Below the pieces are notes generated by a model. That model was not told the origin of the DNA. It searched no databases and saw only the letters and a list, made by a program, of their open reading frames with translations. 64,000 nucleotides of DNA, taken from contig OY759726.1 of assembly GCA_963662625.1 (NCBI GenBank), positions 192,001 to 256,000 of the forward strand, written 5' to 3'. Each line of letters starts with the position of its first letter. The stretch's first letter is position 1. The stretch is from Nitrosopumilus sp. Its GTDB lineage: Archaea; Thermoproteota; Nitrososphaeria; Nitrososphaerales; Nitrosopumilaceae. The position numbers and the translations under genes were made by a program. Below, in pieces: positions 27,867 through 37,020 of the stretch.

Positions 27867-30232
27867 GGGAAGAACGCCCCCATGGACTCCTGCCTGGTGC
27901 CGTCGGCGATGTCCCTGGCCGAGATCCCCATGGCGGGGAGGATCTGGTCCAGCGTGGACGCCAGGAAGTCGACGTACTTTTTGCGGTCCACCGCCGACGC
28001 CGACGCCATCTCGACGGGGACCGCGCCGCCCCTCGTCTTCACGTAGGCCACGCTGTCGCCGGCGCCGAGCCTCGTCCCGGCCCCGGCCAGGGCGTTGGCG
28101 GCGCGGACGTGCTGGGGGAGGGCCTTGGAGTACTCGGCCGGGTCCCTTGACAGGTTCATCCGGAAGGCCAGCTGGTTGAGGGGTATGTCGCCGTCGCGCA
28201 GGACGCCGACGTCGGCCCTGACCTGGTCCCTTATCCTCCCCCTGGCGTCGTCCACCTTCCCGGGTTCCGTGATCCCCGCGAGCAGCGATATCACCCGGGA
28301 GAACGCGGCGGAGATGAACGGCGGGGTGTGGCTCTTCTTCCCGGTGAGCCCCTTGACGTCGGCCTTCCCGTCGGACTTGCGGATCCCGACGTAGTTCTTC
28401 TTCAGCCCGGACAGTATCATGTAGCGGTACTCGCGGTCCACCTCGAGTTCCACCCCGTCGCGGCGGCCCGCCTCCTCGATTACCCTCCCCTTCATGGCCT
28501 CGTCGGCGCCGCGGATGAACACGGAGTCCGTGTCGCCGTACAGCACGTCCACCCCGTTGGCGCGGCAGTATTCCACCAGCCCGGTGATGGCGCGCCTGCC
28601 GGACGCCGTGATGGAGTCGGCCACCGGGAGGTAATACAGGGGGAACGCCTCCATGGCCATCACCCCGTAGCTCGCGTTCATCAGGACCTTGATGGCCTGC
28701 GAGATGGTGTCGTACTGCCTCCCCTTTCCCCCCGGCAGCGACCCGTCCCTGGCCAGCCTCTTGTAGTACCCCACCCTGAGCTTCCTCAGGGCCCCTATCA
28801 GCACCGCCATCATCCCGTTCCGCCTGGAGCATGACCAGTATTCCGTCCCTGGGATCAGGTGCCCCCGGCACTCCGGGTGCGGGCAGCCGACCGTCTCCCA
28901 CGATATGTTGTTGCGCTCGATCAGCCCGGGGTACATGGACGCGAAGTCCAGCACTGTCACGTCCCAGTGCACCCCGGGCTCGGCGTCCAGGACCTTCCCG
29001 CCCTCGAAGCCCGCCCCGGGGGTGGCGTTGCGGGCCCTGCACTCGGACTCCCTCGGCACCAGCATCCCGTTGGCGCGCATGTGGCGGTGCATCATGGAGA
29101 GGATCCAGCGCGAGATCCCGGTCCTGGACAGCCTGTCGATGGGAAGGGACGTTATCCTCGCCAGGATGACCAGCAGCTGCATGACTATGCCCCCGTCGTA
29201 CGCCGACAGGCCGTACGTCATCGCCGCGTCGTGGTGGCAGTACCTCGCCAGGTCTGCCGGGGGCATCCTGGACGCCTCGGAGCCGGACCCGATCTTGGAC
29301 TGCCCGGTCATCGCGCTCGACACCGCGTCCAGCCCGTAGGTGTCGTACCTCCCGGAAAAGGCGTAGTTCTGCAGCGAGCGGTTCGAGAACACCCCGTAGA
29401 GGTCCACGTGGACCGGGCCGTCCACGAGGACCCTGTCGCCGGCGCGGCGGAAGAACCCCCCGTGGGCTATCCCGAGCCGCTCGGCGCGGTTGGCGAGGTA
29501 GGGGACGTCGAACCCGTCCCCGAAATAGCTCAGTATCACCGGGTAGGACCTCAGCACGGAGATGGCGTCGGAGATCATCTCCGACTCGCTCTCGTACCTC
29601 CTCACGGTCACCCCTCCCTCCTCGTAGGTCCCGGCGGGGGACGCCAGCACGAATGACTGCTCCATGTCGCCTGCCGAAAAGGCCACCGCGGTCACCCCGT
29701 GCCTCCCGGACGTGTCGACCCCCTCGGTCTCGATGTCGAACGCGCAGCGGCGGAACTCGGGCACTGGAGCGTCGAGCATGTCGGCCAGCCTCGATATCTC
29801 CATCCCCAGGCCCTCCGAGTCGGGGAGGGCGGAGTCGCCGATCCCGGCCAGCACCTCCGACAGCCTCTCCTGCATCCTGGCGGACTTGACGTGCGGGTGC
29901 GGCCCGGGGGGGCAGCCCGGGGGGCCAGGGACGTACCAGCACCCTGGGATGATCCCGTGGTCGTACAGGTACGACTCGGCGGGGTGGATCGAGCCCTCCC
30001 ACCCGTCGCGGTCGCCATCCTCCCGGCGGAACCTGCGCAAGGAGTCGGTGATCAGGTCCAGCCTCGGCTCGCCGCCGCCGTCCTCCACCAGGCCGTACGC
30101 CGCGTGCCTGCCGGCATCGTGGACCACAGTCCCGGAGTCGGAGTAGAATTTCAGCTTCGCGGCACCGTCCTCCACGTACGCCGAGAGGAGCAGCATCGGC
30201 CCCCCGGCGCCGTGGGGCCGGCCGTGCGTCAT
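27860..30232 (-). CDS. polB: Family B DNA polymerase (archaeal PolB1-like)
   Basis: Exo I AFDIE, Exo II FDVPYL, Exo III YCHHDA; DFASMYP, KVLMNASYG, YGDTDS, KKNY, VKGLTGKK. Confidence 0.95.
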   Translation of the reverse strand: MTHGRPHGAGGPMLLLSAYVEDGAAKLKFYSDSGTVVHDAGRHAAYGLVEDGGGEPRLDLITDSLRRFRREDGDRDGWEGSIHPAESYLYDHGIIPGCWYVPGPPGCPPGPHPHVKSARMQERLSEVLAGIGDSALPDSEGLGMEISRLADMLDAPVPEFRRCAFDIETEGVDTSGRHGVTAVAFSAGDMEQSFVLASPAGTYEEGGVTVRRYESESEMISDAISVLRSYPVILSYFGDGFDVPYLANRAERLGIAHGGFFRRAGDRVLVDGPVHVDLYGVFSNRSLQNYAFSGRYDTYGLDAVSSAMTGQSKIGSGSEASRMPPADLARYCHHDAAMTYGLSAYDGGIVMQLLVILARITSLPIDRLSRTGISRWILSMMHRHMRANGMLVPRESECRARNATPGAGFEGGKVLDAEPGVHWDVTVLDFASMYPGLIERNNISWETVGCPHPECRGHLIPGTEYWSCSRRNGMMAVLIGALRKLRVGYYKRLARDGSLPGGKGRQYDTISQAIKVLMNASYGVMAMEAFPLYYLPVADSITASGRRAITGLVEYCRANGVDVLYGDTDSVFIRGADEAMKGRVIEEAGRRDGVELEVDREYRYMILSGLKKNYVGIRKSDGKADVKGLTGKKSHTPPFISAAFSRVISLLAGITEPGKVDDARGRIRDQVRADVGVLRDGDIPLNQLAFRMNLSRDPAEYSKALPQHVRAANALAGAGTRLGAGDSVAYVKTRGGAVPVEMASASAVDRKKYVDFLASTLDQILPAMGISARDIADGTRQESMGAFFPC

Positions 30233-30326
30233 CGGCCCCTCCCGTACGCCATGCAGTAGTGTACCAGGCCGGCGGGATCCGATCCGATCCGGGTGTCGCG
30301 CCGGCACCTCTTGCGGTATCCGGTGA

Positions 30327-30710
30327 TCATCCAATGCCGCCCCCCATGGCCGGCTCCAGCCTGGAGTCCGGCCCGGCGTCGAGCACCAGCCTCCTGGCCA
30401 TCTTCCTGATCAGCCCCATTGACTCGCGCGAGCGGCGCTCCCGCTCCCGGTCGAGGACGGCGCTGGTCATGGTCGGGTCCGTCACCCACCGCCTGGCGGG
30501 CGCCCTCCTCTTGATCGAGATCCTGGCGGAGACGTCCTGCGGCGCCGGGTGGCGATCGCGTCTCGTGAACCTCGCCCACGCCGTGCTGCACCCCCCGCCG
30601 CACGTCACCCTCCTCGACGGCCTTCCAGGGGGGGACTTGCAGCGGAACTTCCGCCCGCACGCCGGGCACCTGCGCTCCACCCAGAAGCCCCTCCCGACGT
30701 ACCGCTCCAA
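30327..30710 (-). CDS. Arg-rich zinc-finger protein
   Basis: CPACGRKF...TCGGGC. Confidence 0.55.
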   Translation of the reverse strand: MERYVGRGFWVERRCPACGRKFRCKSPPGRPSRRVTCGGGCSTAWARFTRRDRHPAPQDVSARISIKRRAPARRWVTDPTMTSAVLDRERERRSRESMGLIRKMARRLVLDAGPDSRLEPAMGGGIG

Positions 30711-31115
30711 CTACCTCCCCCTCCTGCGCAGGATGGCAGAGGCGAGTTCCATCGCCAGGCGCTTCCGGGCCTGGCTCCTCCTGGTCGCCTCCCTGCTCAC
30801 CACCTTTCCCCACCCCCCGGCGCCGTCCACCCTCCGGCTCCTCCCGTTGTGTGCCATCGGGTGCTTGATGCTCACCGCCGCCACCCCGTGCATTTTCCTC
30901 GGGAATTTGTAGAGGGAGCATCCCCCGCCGCAGGTCATCCGCCTGTTGGGGTGCTTCGGGGTGTCCTTCACCAGGAGGCGCGCCCCGCAGGTGGCGCAGG
31001 CTATCTCCTTCTCGTACCAGTGGATCTTCTTGGCCGCCCGGCCCCCGCCGGCGCCGGCCGTCCCGCGCGCGGGGGGCGTCCGTGGGGAGAGAACCGCGCC
31101 GGCCGCCGCGATCAT
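30711..31115 (-). CDS. Arg/Lys-rich zinc-finger protein
   Basis: CATCGARL...TCGGGC; ATGA overlap. Confidence 0.55.
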   Translation of the reverse strand: MIAAAGAVLSPRTPPARGTAGAGGGRAAKKIHWYEKEIACATCGARLLVKDTPKHPNRRMTCGGGCSLYKFPRKMHGVAAVSIKHPMAHNGRSRRVDGAGGWGKVVSREATRRSQARKRLAMELASAILRRRGR

Positions 31116-31369
31116 GTAAGCCCCTCGATGATCCCGGTGATGGCGGCTATCTTCAGCCTGCACCCCCGCAGGTCCGAGGACAGCTCGTCCTGCCATCCCT
31201 TGAGCTCCATCAGGATTGTCGCCATCCTCGCGTCCCGCGCCGATCCTGCCATGGAATCCAGCCTCCTCGAGCCGCTTTCCAGGGCGGCGGCGGCCCGGTC
31301 GATTATCTCCAGCACCTCCCGCATGGTCTCCAGGTCCTTCCCCCGCGGCGTGGCGGCGCCGGGGTTCAC
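31112..31369 (-). CDS. Small coiled-coil protein
   Basis: Heptad-like helix; overlaps with both neighbours. Confidence 0.5.
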   Translation of the reverse strand: MNPGAATPRGKDLETMREVLEIIDRAAAALESGSRRLDSMAGSARDARMATILMELKGWQDELSSDLRGCRLKIAAITGIIEGLT

Positions 31370-32220
31370 CGGCCAGCCCTCCCGAGCATCCTCGCGGCCA
31401 TCCTGGCCCGCTGGTGCGCCGCGACGGCGCGGCGGAACCCCGGTTCCATGGGGGCGAACCACCCGGCGGAGTCCCGGTGCGTCGCGTACTCCAACAGCAT
31501 CCTGAGCGCGCCCGCCGGCCTGGATGGGAAGGCGGCCGCGCATCTGGCCAGGGCGAAGGGGGGGTAGTACCCGATGCAGCGCATGGCTCTCCCGTAGCCG
31601 CGGAACCCGTGGGACGAGCCCGCCGGCCTGAGGTGCCTCCCCCGCGCCCCGTCCACCACCTCCACCCTGCGCCCCTCCAGGATCGCGTGGTACAGTGGGG
31701 CGGACTCCCATGCGCAGCTGTGGTTGTAATGCCCCAGCCGCCCGGCAAACCACCCCTGGTCGACCATCCTGCCGCTGCCGCGGGGGAACCCGTGGCTCTT
31801 CCCCGCGGGGGGATCGCCATCCAGCCGCCCCCCGGCGATCACGGCGCCGGCGGCGACGGCCCCCAGCAGGAGCCGGGCGTAATCCCACTCCAGCACGGTG
31901 TCGCCGCCAAGGTGGAGGATGCAGTCGTGCGCCCCGTCCAGGCACCTGTTGATTAGGCCTGGGAGCCTCCTGTAGTCCCTCTCCGGGTGGCTCTCCATCC
32001 GAAGGGTGACCACCCCTGGGTTGTCGCGGCAAAAGCCCTCCACTATCCCGGTGGTTCCGTCCGAGGAGCCGTCGTCGATGACCGACACCGACGACGGCGG
32101 CGCGTCCTGCGCCAGGAGCGATTCGAGCACCCGGGAGATCGTGGACTCCTCGTCCCTCACCGGGATTATGGCGTAATATGTGAGGCCCCGCGCCGCGGCG
32201 CCGCCACTCCCGCCAGCCAT
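31366..32220 (-). CDS. Family 2 glycosyltransferase
   Basis: IIPVRDEE..I..VLESLLAQ...VIDDGSSDGT; LGGD at the DxD position. Confidence 0.85.
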   Translation of the reverse strand: MAGGSGGAAARGLTYYAIIPVRDEESTISRVLESLLAQDAPPSSVSVIDDGSSDGTTGIVEGFCRDNPGVVTLRMESHPERDYRRLPGLINRCLDGAHDCILHLGGDTVLEWDYARLLLGAVAAGAVIAGGRLDGDPPAGKSHGFPRGSGRMVDQGWFAGRLGHYNHSCAWESAPLYHAILEGRRVEVVDGARGRHLRPAGSSHGFRGYGRAMRCIGYYPPFALARCAAAFPSRPAGALRMLLEYATHRDSAGWFAPMEPGFRRAVAAHQRARMAARMLGRAGR

Positions 32221-32999
32221 CAGGGTCGTGGCGCGGAATGGGCGCCTGGCACGTCGCTGATCCGTGACGTGCGTGTCACTGCGCCTGGAACGTGGGGGCA
32301 GGCTGGGTTCACGCCTGTCTCTGATCGCCGTTTTGGTAGGACATAGAAGTCGCTTTGGACATAGATGCCGCTTACTGTCTGACCATTGCAAAAAAACGGC
32401 GACTCGCCGTATTTTTTTTCGCAGTTTTTCCGGGAGGGAGTGCTATGTCCAACCCGACTTCTATGACCGTGGGCATTTTTCCAACATTTTTTGAAGATTT
32501 TACAACATTCCACGATTTTTATTCCAATAACCCGAAAATTTTTTTTTGACGATATTCGCACTGATCTGGGGGTGTGCGAGTCGCCGTATTGAAAATCACC
32601 GAATTTGGCAAATCTATGTCTTCCGCGTCCTGATCGCTCCAAAAAAATGTCTCTTACGCGCTCTTTTTTCATTCCAACCTCACATTTCACCCAATAAAAC
32701 GTGCCAAATTTTTTCAGAGCCGCGATCATGAAAATAACCCCGTTATAAAATTTCGGCAGATTTTCAGAAACCCATCTATGTCTTCTATGACCTTTTGATC
32801 CTGGCAATCCATCACAAACAAAGCATGACAGAACATCCCGCAAACATGGACGCACGTCCGGAATATCATGCCGAAACAGGACCCCAGCGATCAAAAAACA
32901 CCCGGTTTCCGAAATGACTTTTGGGCAAAATGTCCGATTTGATCCACCACTCGCGATCAACCCTCCAATCCTACCCAAACCCTCGCCGTTTTCGATCAT
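32220..32999 (-). CDS. AT-rich ORF spanning the putative origin; function unknown
   Basis: 259 open codons; ATGA overlap with the helicase stop and TGATG overlap with the GT2 start; atypical composition. Confidence 0.35.
   Translation of the reverse strand: MIENGEGLGRIGGLIASGGSNRTFCPKVISETGCFLIAGVLFRHDIPDVRPCLRDVLSCFVCDGLPGSKGHRRHRWVSENLPKFYNGVIFMIAALKKFGTFYWVKCEVGMKKERVRDIFLERSGRGRHRFAKFGDFQYGDSHTPRSVRISSKKNFRVIGIKIVECCKIFKKCWKNAHGHRSRVGHSTPSRKNCEKKYGESPFFCNGQTVSGIYVQSDFYVLPKRRSETGVNPACPHVPGAVTRTSRISDVPGAHSAPRP
32340..32791. promoter_or_regulatory. Putative replication origin (iterons, inverted repeat, A/T tracts)
   Basis: 25-bp IR at 32340-32364/32443-32467 (3 mismatches); TCTATG(A/T)C at 32460, 32613, 32775, 32784 and inverted at 32340, 32358; long A/T tracts; lies next to the SF3 helicase. 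Confidence 0.6.
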
Positions 33000-35332
33000 C
33001 CAACGTCCTCGATTTCGTGCGTGGAGTGGAAATGCTCAATCGGCAGGCCCTTGGAAACTATGGCCCCGTGTTCCCACGGCCCGGCGTTGCAGGTCTTGCA
33101 GACGAATTTCGCACCCTTCCGGAAGTAGAGGCCGTCGCACTCGGTGATCTTTCCAGTCTCCAGCATCAGCTCGACGTACCTGTAACCCTCGTCCTCGGAG
33201 AACTGGCCGGAGCGCACGAGCTCCCTGATTATCGCGTCCCTCCTGGCCTCGGCGGCCTCGAGCCCGCCGAAGATTGCCATGAATATGTCCGCCTTCACCA
33301 TGTCCTCCTCCCTGAGGTCCGCCGGCCCCTGGATGCTCTTGGGGGGCTTTAGCTCCTCTGCCTTCCGGCCGCGTTCCGCCCCGGCCGGCCCCCCGGCCTC
33401 CGCCTCCATGCCGCCAGGGGAGGACACCTCGGCGGGCTTGACGTCACCCACGCTCCCAGCCAGCGCGAGATCCAGCCAAAAGTCCGCCTTCTCCCCCCCG
33501 ACCGCCTCGCTCTTCCACATGCATCCCATGGAGTTCATCCTCATGGTAAAGCCATCCTCGGTCGGGGCTTCCACCCCCTCCGCGGTGCAGTACTTGCGGT
33601 ATTCCCTGTACATCACGTCCTTCCTGGTGTTAGCCCCCTCCTCCTTCCTCACGTACCGCACCAGGAAGCCCTCCACCGGGTCCGTCCCGGGCTTGCCCTT
33701 CGGGCCGCCCCCGCCCCCGGCGCCTTGGCCGTCGCCTTCCTCCCCCTCGCGCCTCATGCGCACCCCCACCCAGACGTTGGTGGTCTTCCCGTCGACCTTC
33801 TTGTCCTCCCAGACGTACCCGAGCGACGTCATCGCCTCGGTGAGCCCGCGGGCCGGCTTCGGCCGCAGGTTGTTCCCCCGGCAAAACTCCACGTAGGCCC
33901 TGTACGCCTCCTTCTTGGGCACGTGCGCCTCCACGTCGGTCTTGAGCGAGTGCCGGCTGAACATCTGCACCGGGTCGGCCCTCTCCTTCCACGTCTGCCG
34001 CATCTCCTCCGTGCTGGCCTCGTAGGTGAGCTTCCCCTCCCTCCTGACCTCGATGGCGTGCCTCACCAGGAGGTTGAGTATCCCGCTGCGCTCCTCCTCG
34101 GTGGTGAGCTCTGAGAACAGCCGTATGTTGTTCGCCGCCCCCTTGAACTGGTGGTGGAAGTTGATGATCACGAACCTCCGGAATATGGCGTCAGAGTCCT
34201 CCTTCACCTCGGGCAGGCGGTTGCAGGAGAAGAACATCTTGGCGAAGCTCGCCATGGTGTACGGCGGCTTGTTCTTCTTCTCCACGGTTATCGGCTCGCC
34301 GGTCACCAGCGACTTTACCACCCCCATCCGGTCCAGCTCGTCGGAGCTTATGTCCGCGTAGACGTTCATCAGCTTGCCGTCCAGCACGGAACGGCTGAAC
34401 CGCTGCCAGATGAGGTCGTGTATGGATATGTGGGAGACGTTGTCCCGCCCGAAGACCTCGATCATCGTCCTGAGGAGGGTCGACTTGCCGTTGTGCCCCT
34501 CCCCCACGAACATCATGATCTTCTCGAGGTTGAGCGCCCCCCCAAGCAGCGCCACGCCGAAGAGTTCCAGTATCACGGTCCGCTCCTCCTCGTCGTGGAG
34601 GACCTGCTCGAGGAACTCCAGGAACCGGTTGGCGGTCCTTTTCGGCTCGTAGGCGGTGTTCACCTGCCTGCGCGAGGGGTACGCCGGGCTGTGCTCCCCG
34701 AGCTCCCCAGTCGACATGTCCAGCAGGCCGTTCTTGACGTTGACGACGTTCGGGTCCGGGTCGAAAATGTCCCGCTTGACGTACGTGTTCGCCCGGATCG
34801 TGTTTATGATCTCGCTGCGCATGTGGGAGCTGCACTCGGGGACCTTCCCCTCCGCCATCTCCTTTATCAGGACCTCCCCCCCGAGCCTGTACACCCCGTC
34901 CCGGTAGAATAGGACCTCCTCGGTGTCGTCCAGCGTGAGGAACCTGACCTCCCCCATTATCTCGGCGGCGTACTCGGTGTGGCTCCGTTCCTCCCCCCTC
35001 CCCCTCCCGGGCGCCGGCGCCTTCCTGGCCTGGGGCTCCCCCTTCCCGTAGTTCCTGTCCTTCCCCCCGAGGCGCTCCATGGTGTCGCGGTCGAGCTGTG
35101 AGAGGAAGCACTCGACGTCCGCGCACATCGCGCTGGACAGGCCGTACTTGCCACCGTCAAAGTCGAACCGCTTCCCCGGGGGGACGTCGTGCTTCTTCCT
35201 CCTGCAGGCGGACTGCCCCTCCCCGTTGACCGCGTAGAGCTCCAGCATGGCCTCCACCCGTCCCGGGGCGCACCGGAAGTGCCTGGCGAACGTCCCGATG
35301 ACGTCGTCGCTGTAGTTGGCCTCGTAGCTCAT
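32996..35332 (-). CDS. SF3 (D5/P4-type) replicative helicase with C-terminal winged-helix domains
   Basis: D5_N-like NVKNGLLD...HSP, GEGHNGKST, KSLVTGE.ITVEKK, FSCNRLP, RRF; two Y..Y..(F/Y)C wH repeats. Confidence 0.9.
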   Translation of the reverse strand: MSYEANYSDDVIGTFARHFRCAPGRVEAMLELYAVNGEGQSACRRKKHDVPPGKRFDFDGGKYGLSSAMCADVECFLSQLDRDTMERLGGKDRNYGKGEPQARKAPAPGRGRGEERSHTEYAAEIMGEVRFLTLDDTEEVLFYRDGVYRLGGEVLIKEMAEGKVPECSSHMRSEIINTIRANTYVKRDIFDPDPNVVNVKNGLLDMSTGELGEHSPAYPSRRQVNTAYEPKRTANRFLEFLEQVLHDEEERTVILELFGVALLGGALNLEKIMMFVGEGHNGKSTLLRTMIEVFGRDNVSHISIHDLIWQRFSRSVLDGKLMNVYADISSDELDRMGVVKSLVTGEPITVEKKNKPPYTMASFAKMFFSCNRLPEVKEDSDAIFRRFVIINFHHQFKGAANNIRLFSELTTEEERSGILNLLVRHAIEVRREGKLTYEASTEEMRQTWKERADPVQMFSRHSLKTDVEAHVPKKEAYRAYVEFCRGNNLRPKPARGLTEAMTSLGYVWEDKKVDGKTTNVWVGVRMRREGEEGDGQGAGGGGGPKGKPGTDPVEGFLVRYVRKEEGANTRKDVMYREYRKYCTAEGVEAPTEDGFTMRMNSMGCMWKSEAVGGEKADFWLDLALAGSVGDVKPAEVSSPGGMEAEAGGPAGAERGRKAEELKPPKSIQGPADLREEDMVKADIFMAIFGGLEAAEARRDAIIRELVRSGQFSEDEGYRYVELMLETGKITECDGLYFRKGAKFVCKTCNAGPWEHGAIVSKGLPIEHFHSTHEIEDVG

Positions 35333-36612
35333 CCCTTCCCCCCCGCCAGCGACACGTTCCTCCTGGCCACGGCAAACGCCGCGGAGTCGGTCTCGCACCC
35401 CAGGAACTTCCTCCCCAGCGAGACGGCGGCCGCGCCAAACGCGCCGCTGCCCATGAACGGGTCGGCGACCAGCTGCCCGGCCCTGCTGAGCCTCCCGATG
35501 TAGTACGCCGCCTCCACCCCGGACTGCGCCCACGGGTGCTCCTCCTTCTTCCCGGGCTCCGACCTCACCACGTCGGAAACCGTCACCTTCCCGCGGTACC
35601 TCCCCCTGGTGTACCACAGCATAGGCTTGTAGCCCACGCTCACGCCGTTGCGCCACATCCTGGCGCGGCCGCCGGTGTGGATCACGGCGAAGAGCCACTG
35701 GTACTCCAGCCCGGCGCCGGAGAGCATGCGGATCGCGTCTGGCAGCATGTAGTTGCCGGCGAGGCACACCAGCGACCCGCCGTCCTCCAGGTGTTCCATG
35801 GCGTACTCCCCGAGTTCCGCGTAGACCGCGACGTTCTTCCTGTCGTAGGGCGGGTCGGTGATTATCAGCCTTATCTTCCCGGGGGGTTCCACGTCCTGGA
35901 ACGGCCCGTGGTGCAGAGACGCCCCCTTGGCAGCCGGCACCCTGGCCCTCCTGGCCCTCCTGGCCTCCTCCTCGTAGGCCTCCTCCTTCTTCAGCCTGGA
36001 GTAGACGCTGCTGACGGTGTTCCGTGACCTGCCGTCGTCGATGCTGTCCAGCAGCCTCCCGTACTTCTCGTCGGTCTTGGCCTTTTTCCCGATCTCCACC
36101 AGCTTGTCCAGCGTCCCGTGGCTCACCCCGACGTAGTCCGATATCACGTCCCTGGTGCGCCCCTGGCCGCCCCCACGCCTTCCCGCGGGAGCTGCGGCCG
36201 AACCGGCCCCGCCGGCGCCGCGCCACCCCTTCCCGCCTCCAGGCCCCGCCGCCTTCCCCCCGCCGGCGCCCCCGCCCCTAGAGTTCTCCCTGCCGGCCCT
36301 GGCCACGGGGGGGCCCATCGCCTCGTGTATCGCCACTATCTCACGGGCCGTAAAGTCCTTGCGCTGGGTGTTCTCGTGCAGTTCCCCAGTGAGCGGGGAC
36401 TTGAGGTCCACGACCACCACCGGCACGCTGGATATCCCCAGCGACCTGCACGCCTCGAGCCTCCTGCGCCCGGCGACCAGCCTGTTCTCCCTGGTGACCA
36501 CTATCGGGTGCAGCAGGCCGATCTCCCCTATGCTGTCCCGCAGCCCGTCCAGGTCGCCAAGATCCACCCGGTGCCTCCTCCCGACGCGGATCTTCTCCAC
36601 CGCCAGCTTCAT
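35329..36612 (-). CDS. ParB-like N-terminal domain fused to an adenine DNA methyltransferase
   Basis: GLLHPIVV...LVAGRRRLEA, EN.QRKD; ITDPPY before DPFMGSG (beta-class order). Confidence 0.85.
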   Translation of the reverse strand: MKLAVEKIRVGRRHRVDLGDLDGLRDSIGEIGLLHPIVVTRENRLVAGRRRLEACRSLGISSVPVVVVDLKSPLTGELHENTQRKDFTAREIVAIHEAMGPPVARAGRENSRGGGAGGGKAAGPGGGKGWRGAGGAGSAAAPAGRRGGGQGRTRDVISDYVGVSHGTLDKLVEIGKKAKTDEKYGRLLDSIDDGRSRNTVSSVYSRLKKEEAYEEEARRARRARVPAAKGASLHHGPFQDVEPPGKIRLIITDPPYDRKNVAVYAELGEYAMEHLEDGGSLVCLAGNYMLPDAIRMLSGAGLEYQWLFAVIHTGGRARMWRNGVSVGYKPMLWYTRGRYRGKVTVSDVVRSEPGKKEEHPWAQSGVEAAYYIGRLSRAGQLVADPFMGSGAFGAAAVSLGRKFLGCETDSAAFAVARRNVSLAGGKG

Positions 36613-36789
36613 CCCGCGCCCCACACGGCGGGGCCCATCCCCATTGGCCGTCTAGGCCGCCTCCCATGACCCGGCCGGCCGGCCGCACAATTCGCACCTT
36701 CCGTCGTGATCCCCCGAATCGCAGTCACGCTCGATCCTGACGCCGAGGGCCTCGGCACATTCGGCGCACGCCCACGCGACGTCCATGCG

Positions 36790-37020
36790 TCACCCGGCGC
36801 CGCCAATGGCGCGCCGCTCCAGGGCGTCCCGGGCGTCCAGCCTGGCGCGGGCCCTCTCGATGTCATCTTCCAGGACTTTCCTGGTGGGGTACTTGATCTG
36901 CCCGCGGCGGAGGCGCGGATCCCATGTCCAGAACGCGCCGCCGCCGTCGCGGATGTAGCGCCTCCCCTCCCCGTCCTCGTAGATCCGGTGCGACTTCAGG
37001 CACCTGAGCCCCGAAGGCAT
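36790..37020 (-). CDS. Small hypothetical protein
   Basis: Member of the coupled minus-strand operon. Confidence 0.5.
   Translation of the reverse strand: MPSGLRCLKSHRIYEDGEGRRYIRDGGGAFWTWDPRLRRGQIKYPTRKVLEDDIERARARLDARDALERRAIGGAG

Noticed and set aside
27860-30232. Casposon or pipolin interpretation of PolB
   Set aside because: No Cas1 or terminal inverted repeats seen; PolB looks like a cellular RNA-primed type, and the integrase is a tyrosine recombinase.
25373-35332. Inteins in PolB or the helicases
   Set aside because: Motif spacing is normal, with no C/S...HN splice junctions or LAGLIDADG blocks.
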